A stretch of 64,000 bases of DNA from positions 30,132,001 through 30,196,000 of the forward strand of contig OX597830.1 of assembly GCA_951406725.2 (NCBI GenBank), read 5' to 3'. This stretch comes from Octopus vulgaris. Lineage: Eukaryota. The notes under the pieces are model-generated. The model saw nothing but the letters and a program-made list of their open reading frames with translations, did not search any database and had not been told where the DNA came from. Position numbers and translations under genes: made by a program. Shown piece after piece: positions 12,925 to 26,585 of this stretch; the first letter of the stretch is position 1, and every line of letters begins with the position of its first letter.

Positions 12925-15325
12925 TTCAAACGTTTCTGACATTCTGAAACATGATGTTCAGATGAAGATCATCTTGTCGAAAGAACGGCAGGTTTCACAT
13001 TATTCTTGGTTGGGAAACTGAAGGGAGAGAAAAGGGAAGGAGTGTTGGGTTTGCAATTAGAAGTGATTTGCTTAAAGACCTAGAACACACACAAAGCATA
13101 AATACATGCATAATGAAACACCGGATGCCTCTTTCCTGTGGACGTTTTGTAACTGTTTTCTCTATGTTCCTGCACTTTCAGTTAGTGAGGAAAATATCCA
13201 TGCATTTTATGAAGAGCTTAGAAGAAGTATTCTGTCTGCCCCTTTGAATGAGAAGTTGGTTGTGCTTGGTGACTTTAATGCACATGATGGTAGGGACTAT
13301 GGTGCTTGGAATGTACTTGGGCGTTATGGAATAGGAAAGTCGAACAACAATGGGTTGCATCTTCTACAAATGTTGGGAATACTTTCTTTCATCATAAGAT
13401 GAAGCAAGGTTACCTGGATTCACCCAAGATCAAAGCAAGACCACAAGATTAACTTTGTATTAACTCGGAAAGCTGACTTAGAAGATTTGTGCAGTCTCAG
13501 AGTATTGCGAAGTGCTGATAGTGATACTGATCACAAAATGGTTAGGGCCCAAGTTCCAGTTCAGGGTCCGTAAGAAGATTCGTAGCGCAGGTGTACGATT
13601 ACCAAAGAAAATTGATGTAGAGTAGCTAAAACAACCACAGGTTTTGCAGTTGCTTCAGAAGAGATGCAGCAATGTTCATTTTGAGAGTTCATGGCAAACT
13701 TTCCATGATGGAGTATATAAAATGTGATCAGAGATGTTAGGTTTTAAGAAGAGAAAACACCAAGACTGGTTTGACTCCAATGATACAGTGATAAATTTAC
13801 TTTTAGCAACAAAGAGGTCCACTCATGAAAAGCTTCTTGATCCAAACGTTAAGAACAAAGTGCAACTAGAAAATTTGTACAAGTCTCAGGAAGCAGACTT
13901 GCAAAAAGAACTCAGGAGGCTTAAAGACACTTGGTGATGAAATTTGTCTGAGGATGTACAGGCAACCTATGACAGGAAAGACATTAACGGTTTCTATAAT
14001 TTATTGCGGCAAGCTTTTGGACCGTAATCTTCATCATCATATGTTCCCTTGAAGTCGAAAGATGGAAATGAGGTTATCAAAGATCCTCCTGGAATAATGA
14101 ATAGATGGAGGGAACACTTAGCAGATCTTTTCCACGGTCCGTCTGTAGTGAACTTGGATATCATAAACAATATTCGCAAAGAAAGATAGTGTAACACATG
14201 GATAATACACCTTCCATTGAAGAAGTAAATTTAGCATTATGAAAACTGAGATCAGGTAAAGCTCCTGGATTGGATGGCATTCCAGTTGAAATTCTGAAAG
14301 CAGGTGTGGATTATATTTCATCTGAAATTCATTATCTGATAATTCGAGTTTGGAATGAATTTTCTGTGCTACAAGAATAGATAAATGGCATTCTAATCTC
14401 TGTATACAAGGATAAGGGCCCGAAAGCAGTGTGTGGTAATTCTGGAGGGATAACTCTTCTGGCACATACCGGGAAGATACTTTCAAGTATCATGTTAGAT
14501 CGTCTTGTTGAGAATGTGTGTCCACATGTGATTCCTGAAAATAGTGCGGTTTCAGACTTGAGCAAAGGACAATGGACATGATATTTTCTTTGTGGTAGGT
14601 TCAAGAGAAATGCTTAGAGTAACATATGCCACAATACCAGGTCTTCATAGATTTAACTAAGGCATTTGACGCAGTAAAAAGGGAGACACTGTGGATTGTT
14701 TTGTGTAAACTTGGTTTTCCAACACATTTTGTGAGCATTTTTAAGGAACTACACAGAAATATGAAAGCTCAGGTAGTCTTTAACGTTGAGCTATCTCTTG
14801 ATTTTTCGGTGGATAACGATATCAAACAAGGGGTTATTCCTGCCCCTACACTTTTCTCTATTTATTTTGCTGCATTACTTTGTTATACTTTCAACGATTG
14901 CAACAGGGGAATCGGAATCAGATATCAGACATCTGATCGTATTTTTAATTTGACCCGGTTTAACTGCAAAGCAAAGACCTTCAAAATACTTGTTAGAGAA
15001 TTACATTATGGTGATGATGCTGATTTGTTGGCACATTCAGAAGGAATATGCAACATTTAATGGACAGATTTTCCACTGCATGTGAACATTTCGGACTCAC
15101 AATTAGTTTGGGGAAAACAAAGTAATGTTTACTCCCGTGCCAGGACAAACATATTTTGAACCAAACATTTTTGTGAATGGAACAAGGTTAGAAGTCGATG
15201 ACATCTTTGTTTACCTAGGAAGCACACTGTCAAGAGATGGTAGTCTTGATGCAGAGATATACTATCGAATAGGGAAGGGAAGTGCAACATTTGGAAAGCT
15301 CGAAAATCGAGTATGGGCAGATGTT
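12925..15325 (+). mobile_element. Degenerate RTE (BovB-like) LINE: APE endonuclease plus reverse transcriptase pseudogene
   Basis: Motifs across frameshifts: VGFAIR, LVVLGDFNAH, TWIHPRSK, DTDHKMV, KHQDWFD, RWREH, GKAPGLDGIPVEILK, FIDLTKAFDAV, KQGVIPAPTLF, LHYGDD, FVYLGSTLS. Many stops, and truncated at both ends. Confidence 0.92.
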
Positions 15326-15432
15326 TTGGAGGGTTTTGTTTAGAAGAGAACATTGTTTTTTGTTGTCTTTTTTTAGGTGAGGTTCCATGACAATGGAGGT
15401 GGATAGATAGAAATAGAAATATAGGTAGATAG

Positions 15433-15476
<44 letters not shown>

Positions 15477-16260
15477 GGGAGAGAAAGGGTGTCCCCCGTC
15501 CTATTCACCATTCATTTATTTATTAATATATTTAGTCCTCGAATGGGCTTAAGGATGATGACCTCTTAAAAAATACAGGTGTGGTTTGATCATCAGTGAA
15601 AGTCATTTTGCTCTTTTTTTCTCTTTTCCCCCTTTTTCTTCTTTTTTCCCTCTTTCTTTCCTTTTCTTTGAGTTATATTTAGAATACAAAATGTACTGTT
15701 ACTCCTTCCAAAACATTCAGTTTTGGAGGGAATGTTTTGATAAAATGAAGTTAAAATGTACTATCTCCACTTTTCTTTCAAACATTCAATTTTGGAGAGA
15801 ATTTTTTGATCAAATGTAGGTCCATTGCTTTTCGGTATTGCGGATCGCACCGTATACATTTGTTAAAGGGAAAAATTTTGAATTTTCCGTCGCTGCATAT
15901 ATCCAGGTGCTTACTTAATGGAATCTTGCGTAATTCCTCTTGTCGGATATGTTGCCTGTGGATTCTTGCACGTTGGCAGAGGGAATTATTTTACTGCCTA
16001 TTTTGAACATTTTTATGGAAACAGTTTAAACACAGAACCTCTCTTAACATTTTCTTATAATTGTCAAACACTCTACCACTGTATTTTAATACATCTACAT
16101 CTTAATTAATTTTTAATATCACACAGTCTGCACAAAGACTTGCACTTTAATTTTGAAAATCTGTTTTTCTTTTAGAAATGGGAAATCGGTCAAGTCAATA
16201 AACATCTTTAAAAGACCTCTACATTTTCAAATTCATGCAGTACCTTCCAATTTTACTTTG

Positions 16261-16300
<40 letters not shown>

Positions 16301-16308
<8 letters not shown>

Positions 16309-16585
16309 ATCACGTGACCGACCAGACCATCAGATGCTGCTGCACATCGCTGGTCACAATGCGTTCGAATGACGCCACCCTCGCTAGCTAAGCGAGCAGG
16401 CCAACAGAAGAAAGAGTGAGAGAGGGTGTGAAAGAGTACAGCAGGGATCACCACCCCCTGCTGGAGCTTCGTGGAGCTTTTAGGTGTTTTCGCTCAATAA
16501 ACACACACAACGTTCGGTCTGGGGATCGAAACCGCGATTCTACGACCGCGAGTCCGCTGCCTTAACCACTCGGCCATTGCGCCTC

Positions 16586-16588
<3 letters not shown>
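16301..16588 (-). mobile_element. tRNA-derived SINE family E
   Basis: Head gtggaggcgcaatggccgagtggttaag...gtttcgatcccc shared with the copies at 20984, 44655, 53271 and 62345. Confidence 0.85.
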
Positions 16589-16671
<83 letters not shown>

Positions 16672-16693
16672 GTATATATACACAAACACGCAT

Positions 16694-16724
<31 letters not shown>

Positions 16725-16979
16725 CACACGCACAAACACACACAAGCACAAACACATATATAAATACAGAGAGGGAGAGATGGTGGGCAGGCGGCGAGAT
16801 GATAATTTTGAGAATTCTTTCCCGGATCTGTGCGATCCGATTTCAAATCCGGTCGAAATGGGTGAGACAAATTGTTGGAAAGAAACAATGCTAGTAACAA
16901 TAACCAGGGAGTAGTGGGTGGAGTAGATTAAGAGGTTCGACCAGTTAAAACGACGTTTACCTTCTATACATAATATACA

Positions 16980-17140
16980 TAATGAAACGATCGTAGTGTT
17001 TTACTCTTTATCTTTTATTAAACTTTTAATACTTTTGATATATATTTAAAATAATATAAATGAATTAATCTTATGTATTGGCTTATGTTTTTCATTGTTT
17101 GATTTGCCTAATAGTGGTTTTATCTCTAATTTAATATAAT
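16980..17140 (+). mobile_element. 3' fragment of the Penelope-like element family seen at 2006-2820
   Basis: atgaaacgatcgtagtg (3' half of a hammerhead) and tgtttgatttgcctaatagtggtttt terminus, followed by (TA)n. Confidence 0.6.
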
Positions 17141-17148
17141 ATATATAT

Positions 17149-17243
<95 letters not shown>

Positions 17244-17285
17244 TATCTATATCTATCTATCTATCAATCTATCTATCTATCTATC

Positions 17286-17324
<39 letters not shown>

Positions 17325-17375
17325 TCATATATATATGTATAAATATATATAAATATATATATGTATATATAAATA

Positions 17376-17478
<103 letters not shown>

Positions 17479-18052
17479 ACATATATAATGTGTCTATAGC
17501 TCGACAGAGAATGTGAGTGGGATAATTAGAGAATGAATCCACTGGAGCGCAAAAGTGTTTTGAATTGATTCTGCTTTAAGGTGATTAAGTATTTTTCTAT
17601 GCGCTCATGCTTTCTATGTGTTATTATTCTCGGAGTACGTATATGTTCTTTATGATTTTTGCTTTGCCCCTCTTGGATTGATGTGTGCGTATGTATCTCT
17701 GCGTTTGTATGTGTGTATGTGTGTGTGCGTGTGTGTGGGTTTACGTCTCTGTTCGTATGTGTGTATGTGTGTACGTGAATACCTGCGTGTTTATGAGTAA
17801 TTGTTTACAAATGTTTGCTATATTGCACCAATGAATAAGTCACGACAAAATGGCGAATAAAGAGCAGTAATATTTGCTGTTATTGTTTAAAACCTAGGTC
17901 AATCATAAAGAGACCGGGCGTATAACCAATGGCATTTTAAATCTCAACATGCTACATTTTTGTAAAATTTGCTTAGTTATATGCAGAAATAAATCATCTA
18001 ATCTACCTGTAATTTTCATTGTTGCGGAATTCCTTTTAACGATATATAGATA

Positions 18053-18251
18053 TCCAGAGGTAATGCAGTACGATCGTTTCATGCAACTCCATTTAATTGA
18101 ACAATGCAATCATTACATTAATTTAAAATGCAGACCAATCTTCAGCTGCACAATGACATAGAAGATTGCTCTACATTTTAGACTGATGTAATGATTGCAT
18201 TGTTGAATTAATTGGAGTTGCATGAAACGATCGTACTGCATTACCTCTGGA
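18053..18251. repeat. 91-bp inverted repeat with 17-nt spacer
   Basis: 18053-18143 is the reverse complement of 18161-18251 with a handful of substitutions. Confidence 0.92.
18064..18150 (-). ncRNA. Minimal type-I hammerhead ribozyme with canonical core
   Basis: TGCAG-CTGAAGA-[58-nt imperfect stem II]-GAAA-CGATCG-TA-CTGCA. Perfect 5-bp helix I, palindromic loop III, GUA site at 18069/18068. Confidence 0.72.
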
Positions 18252-18269
18252 GATCCTTGTTGCTTATTT

Positions 18270-18314
<45 letters not shown>

Positions 18315-18632
18315 CCATTTCTAGTGGCCGATCGCGATAAGGTAATTTACATAACATAATTTATAAAGGATAAATTTATGGTTTCATGCATTATTTAAGT
18401 ATATTATCACATAAGTTAATTTAAATGCACATAATCATATATTTTTCTTCATCAATCCACGTAAGAAAACCTTTCAATAAATGTATGATGAAACGTAGTA
18501 CATATGTATATACTTCCAAAATTGCGGTGCGTCGAAAACACAGCATATACTGTAATTATAATACAATAACTAATTAAGACAGTTACCATATGTTTCATCT
18601 AAAAAGTAGGCCCTATTCGTGCTTTGATAATA

Positions 18633-19140
18633 CAGGATGTTCCGTTTAAATTTGACAGTTTGTATGAAAGGAAAAGGAAATACACAATCATTAAAAAATA
18701 AAAGTATTTTTAAAAATCGAAAATATCAACTTCATTATTGCAGTGAGATAACCGCTTACTCAAAGTAGTCGCCCTCAGCTTCTACTACGGCCTCAAAAGG
18801 TTTCTTGATACTGGCACATATTTCTGATTTTGGTCTGAGAAAGATCTTCGAGCACGTCTTTATCTTGGCCACCTCTTCGGGTTTGGTGTTGCAGGCAGAG
18901 CAGTTTGTGTATTTCTCAACTGCACCCCATGCATAAAAATTCATAGGATTAGAATCGAGGGAGTTAGTACGACACAAATTGGAGCTGATGTAGTCGTAGA
19001 AATTCTCCAGCAACTTCTGACTTTTTCCGGGGGTATGGCAAAAAGCCGAATCCTACTGTAATGCATAGAGTGGCTATCCCCTCCAGTCATGAATTGACCA
19101 GTTTCCAGCAGTTTCACATAGCTGCCTGTATTAGGATCAA
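18633..19140 (-). mobile_element. Tc1/mariner-superfamily transposon, 3' half (pseudogene)
   Basis: YVKLLET..QDSAFCH..NSLDSNPMNFYAWGAVEK..FEAVVEAEGDYFE* (degenerate SPDLNP.D motif). TA-CAGGATGTTCC terminal sequence at 18631. Confidence 0.8.
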
Positions 19141-19429
19141 CCCAGGTGTGCAGACGCAGTCAGAACCCCTACTGTGTCGCTTTCTACAGGTCACGGTGTC
19201 GTAGTCTCCATTGCAGCCTTCCATGTCGCGTCTTACAGCGTTTACAGGTCCACAGATATAATTTTGATAACCGGCACGAATCATCAGGATAGAGGTAAGC
19301 TTTTATTCCAGTTGTCGGATAACTTCCAGTCCTCCATATCCGCTAACTTATTCTCAATAGCAACTTTACAAATTTAATTATTATGCTGTTCAACGCCGTT
19401 GACTGGAAATAATACATCAAACAGTTAAT

Positions 19430-19938
19430 AAAAAAATAAATGCGCCTATTTAAAGCCTAGCCAGGCTCATGGACCCGGTTTCCCGGTTTCAATGGCGTAT
19501 GTGTTCCCCAGCTGGACGGGACGCCAGTCCATCGCAGCGTTACTCACTTTTGCCAGCTGAGTGGACTGGAGCAAGGTGAAATGAAGTGTTTTGCTCAAGA
19601 ATACAACTCGGCGCCCAGTCCAGGAATCGAAACTACAATCTTACGATCATGATGCTGACACCCAAATCACTAAGCCACGCCCCTCCATTTGCGCCCTTTC
19701 AAAGCCTAGCTAGACTCATGGGCCCAGTTTCCCGATTTCAATGGCGTATGTGTTCCCTAGCTGGACGGGACGCTAGTCCATCGCAGAATTACTCATTTTT
19801 GCCATCTGAGTGGACTGGAGCAACCTTGAAATAAAGTGTTTTGCTCAAGAACACAACTCGTCGCCTGGTCCAGGAATCGAAACCACAATCTTATGATCAT
19901 GGTGCTGACACCCTAACCACTAATCCACGCGCCTCCAC
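19430..19938 (-). mobile_element. Head-to-tail dimer of SINE family C
   Basis: Two units of about 250 bp, flanked by catcaaac(a/t)gtta at 19415 and 19939. Confidence 0.85.
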
Positions 19939-20482
19939 CATCAAACTGTTACTGTTAAAAAAAAGAGAGAGGCGTGCAAAATGCTCATCCTGGATCTTAT
20001 GACTAATAAACACAAGCTCTTAATAGGGCTTCACGCACACAACAAAAACACAGACAAACACACACACGCGCGCACACACATACACAAACACACACACACA
20101 TACACACACACACACACACACATACACACGTGTGTGCGTTAGTATATGTTCGTCTTGCTTTTTGCTTTGTTTCTTGTTTCTTTTTGCAGTTTTAACTCTA
20201 TGAGACTTATAATGTGAATATATTGTGCAACAGGTTGACTTTTCAGGTCAACAGTTTAATGTTTTAAGTATTTCGTTGTTAAGCATAAGTGTCTTTCAAA
20301 GAGTTAACTAGGTTATTGGTATTTGAAATATCAATTGAAAGAAAGACAAAGTAAAAAGAAATAATTTTGAAATAAATAAAGGTAGGGCTCTCATTCATAA
20401 GAGTTACATTGAAAAAAATATATATAAATATATATAAAGAGGGAGAGAGGGGGAGAGAGGAGGAGGGAGAGAGAAGTTTGTG

Positions 20483-20529
<47 letters not shown>

Positions 20530-20656
20530 TAAGTATGTATATGTTTGTAACTATATTTCTCTTTACCTTTCTCTCTCTTTCTTTCACTCTTTCTCTCTGC
20601 CTCCCTCTCAGTGTCTATATACATACATATATATATATATATTTATATATATAGCG

Positions 20657-20747
<91 letters not shown>

Positions 20748-20862
20748 TTTGCTACGCTCACAACCCGAATGAATAAGAATAACTTAAGGTACTAAATTTC
20801 GACTTCAATTTTCTTTATTTCATGTCAGTGAATAAATTCTCTGTCCTCCTCTCTATCTATCG

Positions 20863-20909
<47 letters not shown>

Positions 20910-20983
20910 TCACTCTCTCAATCATCCACGGGATGCGCGTGCGCTCGCACAGACGAGTATGCAACACCACCGACAGAAACAGA

Positions 20984-21448
20984 GTGGGCGGAGCAATGGC
21001 CAAGTGGTTAGGGCAGCGGACTCGCAGTCGTAAGAACGTGGTTTCGGTTCCGAGACCGGGCATTGTGAGTGTTTAATGAGCAAAAGCACCTAAGCTCCAC
21101 GAGGCTCCGGCGGGGTGGGGGGTGAACGCCGCTCTACTCTTTCACCACAACTTTCTTTCACTCTTCCTTCCTACTTCTGCTACAAAGCAGAGGAACCATG
21201 GTGCAATTCACTACGGTGGGGTAAACTTTCAGACCCTATTCTAGATTGCGAATCCTCTGTACCCCAGGATGGTTCACCTCTCCACCCGTTTACGGAATGA
21301 GGATAACAACGTAGCTTTCGCGCCCGTCCAACTGCCTGTCTATCGCGTTTGGTGGGTGGATTTTCAAGTTGCCACACGCATTCGTAGTAGCTTAGAGTAG
21401 GCTCGAATTAGGGATTATTCTTTGTGGCTTATGGGGTGAGTCCTGATT

Positions 21449-21449
<1 letters not shown>
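20984..21449 (+). mobile_element. SINE family E, long-tail variant ending in (AAT)n(AAG)n
   Basis: Homologous over its full length to 44172-44655 (minus). Confidence 0.85.
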
Positions 21450-21513
<64 letters not shown>

Positions 21514-21552
21514 AAGAAGAAGAAGAAGAAGAAGAAGAAGAAGAAGAAGAAG

Positions 21553-21583
<31 letters not shown>

Positions 21584-21879
21584 GGAACAGAACGAAAGTA
21601 AAGTTCGTGTTGACCCATGACTAGCTCACTCTCAGGTGTCAAATTTCAGTCAAATCGAATCCTGTTTTGAGGGAAAATATAAACGATATATAATGTAATT
21701 ACCTCGTCACAAGGCCTGTCATTTCCACACTAATTTATTTCTCTTTTTGCTCATGTTTTAAGAGTCAACCTCAACCAACAGATCAAACCGGACATTAATT
21801 GTATCGATTCTCACCGAGGGTCTAAGATGGTCATGGTCACAATCCCTCCCTTCATTTTAATAATAAATAAAGTGCTCTG

Positions 21880-22212
21880 TTTGGCTCAGTGGTTAGAAGG
21901 TCAGGCTCACAATCATGAGATAGTGGGTTCGATTCCCGGATCAGGCTGTGTGTTGTGTTCTTGAGCAAGACACTATTTTCCATTGCTCCAGGTCACGCAG
22001 CTGTAGAAATAAGTTACTACGTCACTGGTGTGAAGCTGTACTGGCCTTTGCCTTTCCTTTGGATAACATCTGTGGTGTGGAGAGGAGTGGCTGGTAACCA
22101 TGGGTGACTGCTAGCTTTCCATAAACAATCTTGCCTGAACTTCTCCCTGGTGGGATAACTTTCTAGGTGCAATCCCATGATCATTCATTCATTACCGACG
22201 AATGTCTTTACA
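21880..22212 (+). mobile_element. tRNA-derived SINE (same type as 4868-5195)
   Basis: tggctcagtggttag A-box, ggttcgattccc B-box, collinear body. Confidence 0.8.
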
Positions 22213-22507
22213 TTTATAGTGCTCTTAGGATTAAGAAAATACCATAATAAAACGCCAAATGTAAGACGAGAAAATTAAATACAAATGTACACCAGAAATT
22301 TCTTCCACTCTAGTATAATAACCATTTCTACAAAATGTACAAGGGCTTAAAATTTAGGGGAGGGGACCAGTGGATTACATCGACTCCAGGATAAAAGGGA
22401 CAGTCGACTACAGCAGAATTTGAACTCTGAACGTAGCGGCGGGCGAAATGCCGCTAAGCATTTCATCCAGCGTGCTAACGATTCTGCAGGCTCGCTGTCT
22501 TTTTAGT

Positions 22508-22583
22508 AATAATAATAATAATAATAATACTAATAATAACAATAATAATAATAATAATAATGATGATGATGATGATGATGATG

Positions 22584-22644
<61 letters not shown>

Positions 22645-22664
22645 TGATGATGATGATGATGATG

Positions 22665-22758
<94 letters not shown>

Positions 22759-22775
22759 TGATGATGATGATGATG

Positions 22776-22821
<46 letters not shown>

Positions 22822-22834
22822 TAATAATGATAAT
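22508..22834. repeat. (AAT)n/(GAT)n compound microsatellite
   Basis: Direct inspection. Confidence 0.95.
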
Positions 22835-22990
22835 AGAGAAGTACGTGAAACAACTTGCAGAAAACAGCACTGCTTGGAACCGCTCGAATACTGCGGAAGG
22901 TACTCGAAAGATAAGAGGTGTTACCTTAGTTCACTGGTAGTGAACAGCTGACACTGTAGTACATCTCTAGCGTTAGAAGCTGTGCAAAGG
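22835..22990 (+). mobile_element. 3' end of an R4/Dong-type (RLE) non-LTR retrotransposon
   Basis: EKYVKQ / LQKTALLGTARILRKVLER* plus a short 3' UTR, between (AAT)n and (AAC)n. Confidence 0.75.
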
Positions 22991-23017
22991 CAACAACAAC
23001 GAAAACAACAACAACAG

Positions 23018-23048
<31 letters not shown>

Positions 23049-23084
23049 AATAATAATAACAACAACAATAATAATAACAACAAC

Positions 23085-23325
23085 GAGGCGGCGAGCTGGC
23101 AGAAACGTTAGCACGCCGGGCGAAATGCGTAGCAGTATATCGTCGGTCGTTACGTTCCGAGTTCAAATTCCGCCGAGGTCGACTTTGCCTTTCATCCTTT
23201 CGGGGTCTCGGGGTCGATAAATTAAGTACCAGTTACGCACTGGGGTCGATGTAATCGACTTAATCGGTTTGTCTGTCCTTGTTTGTCCTCTCTGTGTTTA
23301 GCCCCTTGTGGGTAGTAAAGAAATA
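23085..23325 (+). mobile_element. SINE family A
   Basis: Full-length match to 5421-5651. Confidence 0.85.
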
Positions 23326-23358
23326 AATAATAATAACAACAACAACAACAACAACAAC

Positions 23359-23400
<42 letters not shown>

Positions 23401-23416
23401 TCTTTCTAAGTCCGCG

Positions 23417-23489
23417 AGTTGGCAGAGTCGTTAGCACGCTGGACGAAATGCTTAGCATTTCGCCCGGCATGCTAACGACTCTGCCAACT
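23417..23489. repeat. Fold-back palindrome of a SINE-A head
   Basis: 36-bp arms with 3 mismatches and a 1-nt centre. Confidence 0.88.
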
Positions 23490-23499
23490 AGCCGCCCTG

Positions 23500-23547
<48 letters not shown>

Positions 23548-24269
23548 GCTCAAAAGCTAGCTGGGCAGTTTTTTAGCTAGCTCCTGTAGTGGGATCTTCA
23601 TTAGGCTCGTTCTCTCTCTCTCTTTCTCTTTCTCTTTCTGTTGATTGTTTTCAACCATGACCATCACCAGTACCACCACCATCGCCACCACTACTGCCAT
23701 ACACACACCATTCAGACTTCTGACGCCACTACCATCAGTACATTTGATTTGGCCACCTTCCTCTTCCACCACCATGACCACTGTCTTTCACATAGCTTAC
23801 TTTTACCATCATCCCTGACCATCACCACCACCACCACCACCACCATCACCGCCGCCTCCGCTTCTATCACTACTTAAGCTTATACTATTATTATCACACC
23901 ATTACCCTCATAAAAAGGCTAAATATGTGTGTTCGTTCAGTTTGTTATTGAGCATGTTACTTCAGTGTTCGGTCCCTCCTTCTCTCATATACCCACTCTT
24001 TCTCTCACTCTTATTATTACTCCCACTACCATCATCAACACTCTCTAAATTTCCTTGTCTCTCTTTCTCTCCCTCACTTTTTCTTACTCTCTTTCTCTCT
24101 CACTCTGTCCGTCTTCGCCACTGCCCTCACCGTCACTATCCCTACTATTACTCTCATCCCGTCATGAGGAATACTAGGAGTGTCATTGAATACTGAAAAG
24201 TGGGGGGGTCTAAGTGTGGCACACTGACGCACAGAAATAAGTTTTTGCACTTATTTTCTTATTTTTCTT

Positions 24270-24328
<59 letters not shown>

Positions 24329-24336
24329 CATTATCA

Positions 24337-24407
<71 letters not shown>

Positions 24408-24409
<2 letters not shown>

Positions 24410-24620
24410 GGTAGCGAGCTGGCTGAATCGTTAGCACGCCGAGCAAAGTGCTTAACGGCATTTCGTCTGTCTTTATGTTCCTAGTTCAAATTTCACCGTG
24501 GTCGACTTTACCTTTCCTCCTTTCGGGGTCGATAAAATAGGTACCATTTGAACACTAGGGTCGATGTAATCGACTCATCCCCTCCCAAAAAATTGCTGCT
24601 CCTGAAGCAAATTTTGAATC
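24408..24620 (+). mobile_element. SINE family A (short-tail variant)
   Basis: Family A head and core. Confidence 0.75.
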
Positions 24621-26585
24621 CATTATCCCGAGCAGATCTATCCGCGACAACCTCCACCTTATGCGATACATCAGAGATAGGGCCAGGAACGAAACTGGCT
24701 TCGTTGGTACACTGATCAATTTAGATCAATCGAAAGCATTCGATAGAGTCAACTATCGCTACTTGGAAGCCGTCCTGAAAACATTCAGTTTCGAACCCAT
24801 TTTCAGAGGATGGCTCGCTTCAATACGCAACGGCATCTGTTCCTTGGTCAACGTAAACGGTCACCGATCGGAATCGTTTGGCATCGCAGGCTCGGTCCGT
24901 CTGCGCTTCCCGTTTTCGCCTCGAGTCACTACTGTGGAAGTTGGAACAGTTAAGGGGCATCCCTTTCGTACTGGGACAGGTAAAGGCAGTGTCGGCATAC
25001 GCAGATGACGTCACCGTCATGTATCGGACGTTTCCAAAGTGATACGGTCGGCACCATCCTATAGGAATATGAGTCTGTTACAGAGGCTAAAATCAACGCC
25101 GACAACTCAGTGGATTTGCGGCTGGGCTCCTAGAGAGGTAGGTCGATGCCATCGGACGGCGTCGTCGGACGCTGGATCGACGGACCAGTTAAACTGCTCG
25201 AGGTCTGGGTTAGTCCCAACCTCCAGGTTGATAAGAACTGGGACATGGTGGCGAGGGCTCAGAGGAAGCGGTCCCCGAAAAGTCGGGCAGAGGTGGCGAA
25301 TGCCTACATCGTCTCCATTATGATTTATCGCCTGATCGACGAGCGTTTCTCCGGTTACTGCTTGACCGGGTTGAATTTAAATTCTTGTGGAAGGGAGAGT
25401 GGCGGATTAGGTACGCCGTGGCACCTAATGCGCAGACAGGATCGTAGGTTACACTACCTGCAAAGATTTCTGGTAGGTGAGTGTATGAGAGCTCCTCCAT
25501 TTGTGAGGCTTGTCCTTCCCCAGCTCGTCGCTTTAGCAGAGCTGCAGCTCTATGTGAAGAAAAGACCGAGACTGGATGCCCGGCGCCTAGGATGTTGTCA
25601 GGTGCTCACAGCTCCCAACCAATCGGCCAGAGGGATCGATAGATGTTCCGCTTCAGAAATTTATAGAGGATTAGTAGTGGGGAAGTGCGACGACGTTCTC
25701 GGGGAGAATCTGAGCGCCGACGAAAATGAACTGGCTAGTCTATTCCGGAGTATTTTCCGGTCAGGAAATATCATGGGTAATTTCCAGATGTCCTTGGCCT
25801 GGCAGTGCTACCGGAGGCACAACTGTTTCGAGATAAACTTTACAGGCACGGATGTGGTGTCAGACGGGCTTTACAGACGGATGTGGTGTCAGGTACGAGC
25901 AGAGTGATAAAACCATTCTGCACGCACTCGCTCAGTGTCCGGGCATTGTTGATTTGCGGGGTTTTGTAGAATAGCTGTTGTCACGTATGGGACAGATCTG
26001 TCTATCAGTCGATTCTGTAGTGATGATTACACCGTCGTCCCTCTTCAATCGCGCTGGCAAGGCAGTTTTCCATTGTCTGGTGGCTGTGGTGAAAGAGGTT
26101 GTTTGGTGGACAAGGCTGAAAGGCATGAAGACAGACGCATTCTTGTCTGGTAGAGCTCTCGTTGATTTTTTCAAGTTTCACTTGAAAAGAAAATTGAGAG
26201 TGGAGAGAAGTGCTGTCCTCACTTGAGTTTATTGAAAGGTGAGTGAAAGTTACGAAAATGGCAAGAATGGATGGTACCTCACTAAGTGTAGACCTGTGAG
26301 TCGGAATGAAGTAACTGGAGAAAGCGCTGGCTCTTACTGTTCAGGGAAATCTCGGACAGTGGGGTTCTTCGATTATCCCTAGAAGTCATCCTGTATCAGG
26401 AGGGCAACATCTCTATAATCCTCTCCCCTTTTTTTAACCTCTGTATACTATGTATATGTCCTTTCCTTTCCATTGTACGCTGTGTATAGTTACATTGTTT
26501 TTTTCTATCATTTCATGTAAACCCCCACATTTTATATTTGCCTTTGTATTGACCACCTCTTCCTTCACCCTGGTAGCAAATAAAT
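24621..26585 (+). mobile_element. Degenerate 5'-truncated Tx1/L1-clade LINE (RT and C-terminal region, 3' UTR)
   Basis: IPSRSIRDNLHLMR, LINLDQSKAFDRV, VNVNGHRSE, SAYADDVT, ESGGLG, TILHALAQCP (CCHC remnant), VKEVVWWTR, then a pyrimidine-rich UTR with aataaa. Confidence 0.88.
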
